Shown: piece by piece, positions 20,784 through 23,525 of the stretch | Layout of the letters: each line of letters starts with the position of its first letter | Numbering within the stretch: the stretch's first letter is position 1 | Notes under the pieces: generated by a model | What the model was told of the DNA's origin: nothing | The model's database searches: none | The model's input: the letters and a program-made list of their open reading frames with translations, nothing else | NCBI RefSeq assembly: GCF_000143415.4 | Contig: NW_003314286.1 | Span: 872,554-896,078 of the forward strand | Length of the DNA: 23,525 bases | Direction of reading: 5' to 3' | Source of the DNA: Selaginella moellendorffii | Lineage: Eukaryota > Plantae > Lycopodiophyta | Program-made: the position numbers and the translations under genes

Positions 20784-20989
20784 TCAACCCTTCAAACCTT
20801 GACTCCATAATAATATTAGTAAACATTATTGTGAACAGAATAAGACTTAGTAGGGACCAAAGAAGGGATATTGGGGAAGGGTGTTCCTCATACCTCTAGG
20901 CATCTTAAGAGTGCTAAGGTGTGGTTAAAGGGGTGATGCAGCCCACGTGGTTTTAACCCTTTATCCTATGGTGATTTACTATAGGATAA

Positions 20990-21560
20990 CATCACAAAGC
21001 AGAACCTAAACCTTCTATGTGCCATATGTCACATGCTATATGCCACATGCCATGTGTCCAAAGGACAGTGGAGTGGAACATGAGTTTCAGGGCCTTGGGC
21101 CACTGAACAAAAGAACAATGCTAAATTTCTAAGCATGAAACCAAAGAGTGATGGCATTGGAGCATGGAACAACTCCCAAGTGTACAGCTTAAGGAGCAAA
21201 GGGATAGGAGCACAGAGCAATTTGGAACAGTCCTAGAGCACCCAACATCCCAATGCCAAGATCAACACACAAAACAGAGCCAAACAGAGTCTGGCGTTAT
21301 TTTAGCATACCGGTAGCCTAACACAAGGATATGGGACTCCACCAGCTAGCATGAAATGGAACTTGGGCTTAGACCCAAGCCAGATGCAGAATAAGGATAG
21401 GCACGCAAGCAGGAGCTAAACTATGCCTCAAGTTGGTCAGCCATGCACGACCTACCCACTATCCCTACTATATATTTGGAACCCTACATAGCCACCCCCC
21501 CTGAGGAACAGATGCATTGGGCTTTCACCCCAAGCCTCCCTTAGTATTAGGAGTTAATAG
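20990..21560 (-). mobile_element. LTR-like repeat, family B copy 2 (boundaries uncertain)
   Basis: Homologous to 9740-10125. Shares the CTACTATATATTTGGAACCC...GGGCTTTCACCC block with family A minus-strand copies (19970-20036, 22650-22720). Confidence 0.6.
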
Positions 21561-21668
21561 CATTTAAGATCGGAACTAGACTAACACAAAGGGTATGATA
21601 GCAAGGTGTTTGGCAGACACAGTAAGCTATCATCTAGCGATATTGAGGGATTAATTTCAATATGTGAG

Positions 21669-23525
21669 TGTAAGCGACTAAATTTTTCCATTCTACTTTA
21701 GTCACTTAACCACACCTCTGACCCCTTGGAGGAGTCTTACTCACAACCTCCATAAGTCCTATTTTGGACTTAGGGACTTGCTAGCCCCCAAGAATGGCCT
21801 CCATACCACTCAACCATTGCACTTGGTCCAAGTGCTCCACGTGTCCGATCCCATGACCGACACCCCAAGGTACCACCGACACATCAGCCCGTTACGCTAA
21901 GGCCATGCTCAATCACCTTGGTCACACCGGTAGTCTAACATCACCTACACCACAGTCCCGTCTTTCAAAGACTGGGCCATCTGTCCATGAGTGATCATCC
22001 CAGATCCACTCCTTAGCATCTTTAGGATGCCCACAGACATGGGGAATAGCCTTCCCCAATATCCCCTTTTCGGTTCCTATTAAGTCCCTTTTTGCCCATG
22101 GTTGTGTTCGCTAACACTGCCACTGGATCAAGGCCCACAGGCCCGACCACTAAGTCCCATGGTCCTTTGGGACTTCCTCACCACACGACTGTATCCTTGG
22201 TCACTACACCGGAGGACCACTCCTCTTCCTTTCCATAGTCTGGGCCTTCGGGACAACATTTTGGAACACCGTGGCGTTACGCAAGCCTCGTGGGTACTCT
22301 CCCCACCTTCCGCCTTTGGGTGCTCTAGCCATGGGCTTAGAGCGAGGTTCCGTTGAGCCACACCTGGTATCCAAGTAGGTAGTGCCACCCACACTTGGAC
22401 TAGGAGCATCAGCGAGTCGATCTCCCGGGGGAACTAGAGCCGGCTCTTGAACACTTCACCAAGCTACCCCGCTTGTCGGTCTGTATTCACTCTAGTTTTA
22501 GACTTCNNNNNNNNNNNNNNNNNNNNNNNNNNNNNNNNNNNNNNNNNNNNNNNNNNNNNNNNNNNNNNNNNNNNNNNNNNNNNNNNNNNNNNNNNNNNNN
22601 NNNNNNCAAACTGGCCTTTCCTGGCCAAACTGGCTCCACTGCAGTCCTCCCCCTATTATACTTTTGGAGCTCACCAAACCCCCTAGGGTCTGGGAGACGA
22701 ATGCTTTGGGCTTTCACCCTCTTAGACTCGAACTCGGACTCGGACTCGGACTCGGACTCGGACTCGGACTCGGACTCGGACTTGGACTCAGACTCGGGCT
22801 CGGTCTCAGGCTCGGCCTCGGTCTCGGTCCCGATCTCGGTCTCGGTCTCGGTCCCGATCTCGGTCTCGGTCCCGATCTCGGTCTCGGTCTCGGTCCTGAT
22901 CTCGGTCTCGGTCTCGGTCTCGGTCCCGATCTCGGTCTCGGTCTCGGTCCCAGTCTAGCTCCCGGTCTCGGTCTCGACTTTGGACTCCATCTCGGGCTCC
23001 ATCTCGGACTCCATCTCGGGTCCATCTCGGGTCCATCTCGGACTCCATCTCGGACTCCATCTCGGGTCCATCTCGGACTCCACCTCGGGTCCATCTCAGA
23101 CTCCATCTCGGGTCCATCTCGGACTCCATCTCAGACTCCATCTTGGGTTCATTTCAGGTCCATCTCGGTATCCATCTCGGGTCCGTCTTGGACTCAATCT
23201 TGGATCTATCTCGGGTCCACCTCGGACTCCACCTTAGACTCCATCTCGGACTCCATCTCGGACTCCATCTCGAGTCCATCTCGGGTCCTCCTCAGACTCC
23301 ACCTCGGACTCCATCTCGGGGTCCTTCTCAGACTCCACTTCGGACTCCAACTTGGGTCCATCTTGGGTCCAACTTGGACACTTCCACGTGTCATGTGTTG
23401 GTCCTTTTGGGTCCCTTTTTGGAACCTCGCTTATTGCTCGCTTTGTGCTCATTCCTCGAGCACTTTGTTGGGAGTTCCACTCCCACTCTTGACCTTTTCA
23501 AGTCAGAGTTTTTAGTCCAAACGTG
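21669..23525 (-). mobile_element. Family A LTR, copy 5 (runs off the right edge; solo or 3' LTR)
   Basis: TGTAAGCGACTAAATTTTTCC at 21669 is the reverse complement of the LTR end. No PBS follows on the - strand. The window end corresponds to ~16169 of copy 2. Confidence 0.9.
22724..23376 (-). repeat. Expanded tandem array of LTR copy 5: (GACTCG)n, (GTCTCG)n, then 11/12-mers
   Basis: Reverse complement of the 16322-16824 array, about 150 bp longer. Confidence 0.95.

Larger units (their letters stand above)
18044..20925 (+). mobile_element. Family A LTR, copy 3: old, rearranged, and host to two nested insertions
   Basis: Starts TGTGAGACATAAATCC, with a decayed array at ~18290-18560. LTR homology resumes at 20440-20592 and 20784-20925 after the insertions. 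Confidence 0.75.
15421..22606. other. Assembly gaps at 15421-15520, 17790-17889, 19195-19906 and 22507-22606
   Basis: Runs of N; three are exactly 100 nt (placeholder size). Confidence 0.99.

Overview
Eukaryotic plant genomic DNA from a draft assembly with four N-gaps. The tiny 45-62 nt introns, dense gene packing and PPR motif style suggest a lycophyte such as Selaginella (inference, not verified). The left third holds three genes: the 3' part of the RNA polymerase I second-largest subunit gene (NRPA2/RPA2, 12 exons visible), an intronless PLS-class PPR gene with elongated L motifs that stops within E1, and a very AT-rich intronless gene for a secreted protein in which an unrecognised ~130-aa domain is fused to a GNA/bulb-type mannose-binding lectin. 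From ~9.7 kb to the end is a nest of LTR-retrotransposon sequence. It contains five copies of one ~1.7-kb LTR family (family A; TGTGAG...TTACA; iMet PBS; internal hexamer-based tandem array), decayed internal regions, two copies of a related family B, and a 191-bp solo LTR carrying a 5S rRNA-derived internal promoter region (Cassandra-like). The most notable items are the 5S-bearing mini-LTR, a tRNA-like multi-hairpin/T-loop module inside the non-coding retroelement body, and the orphan-domain lectin gene.
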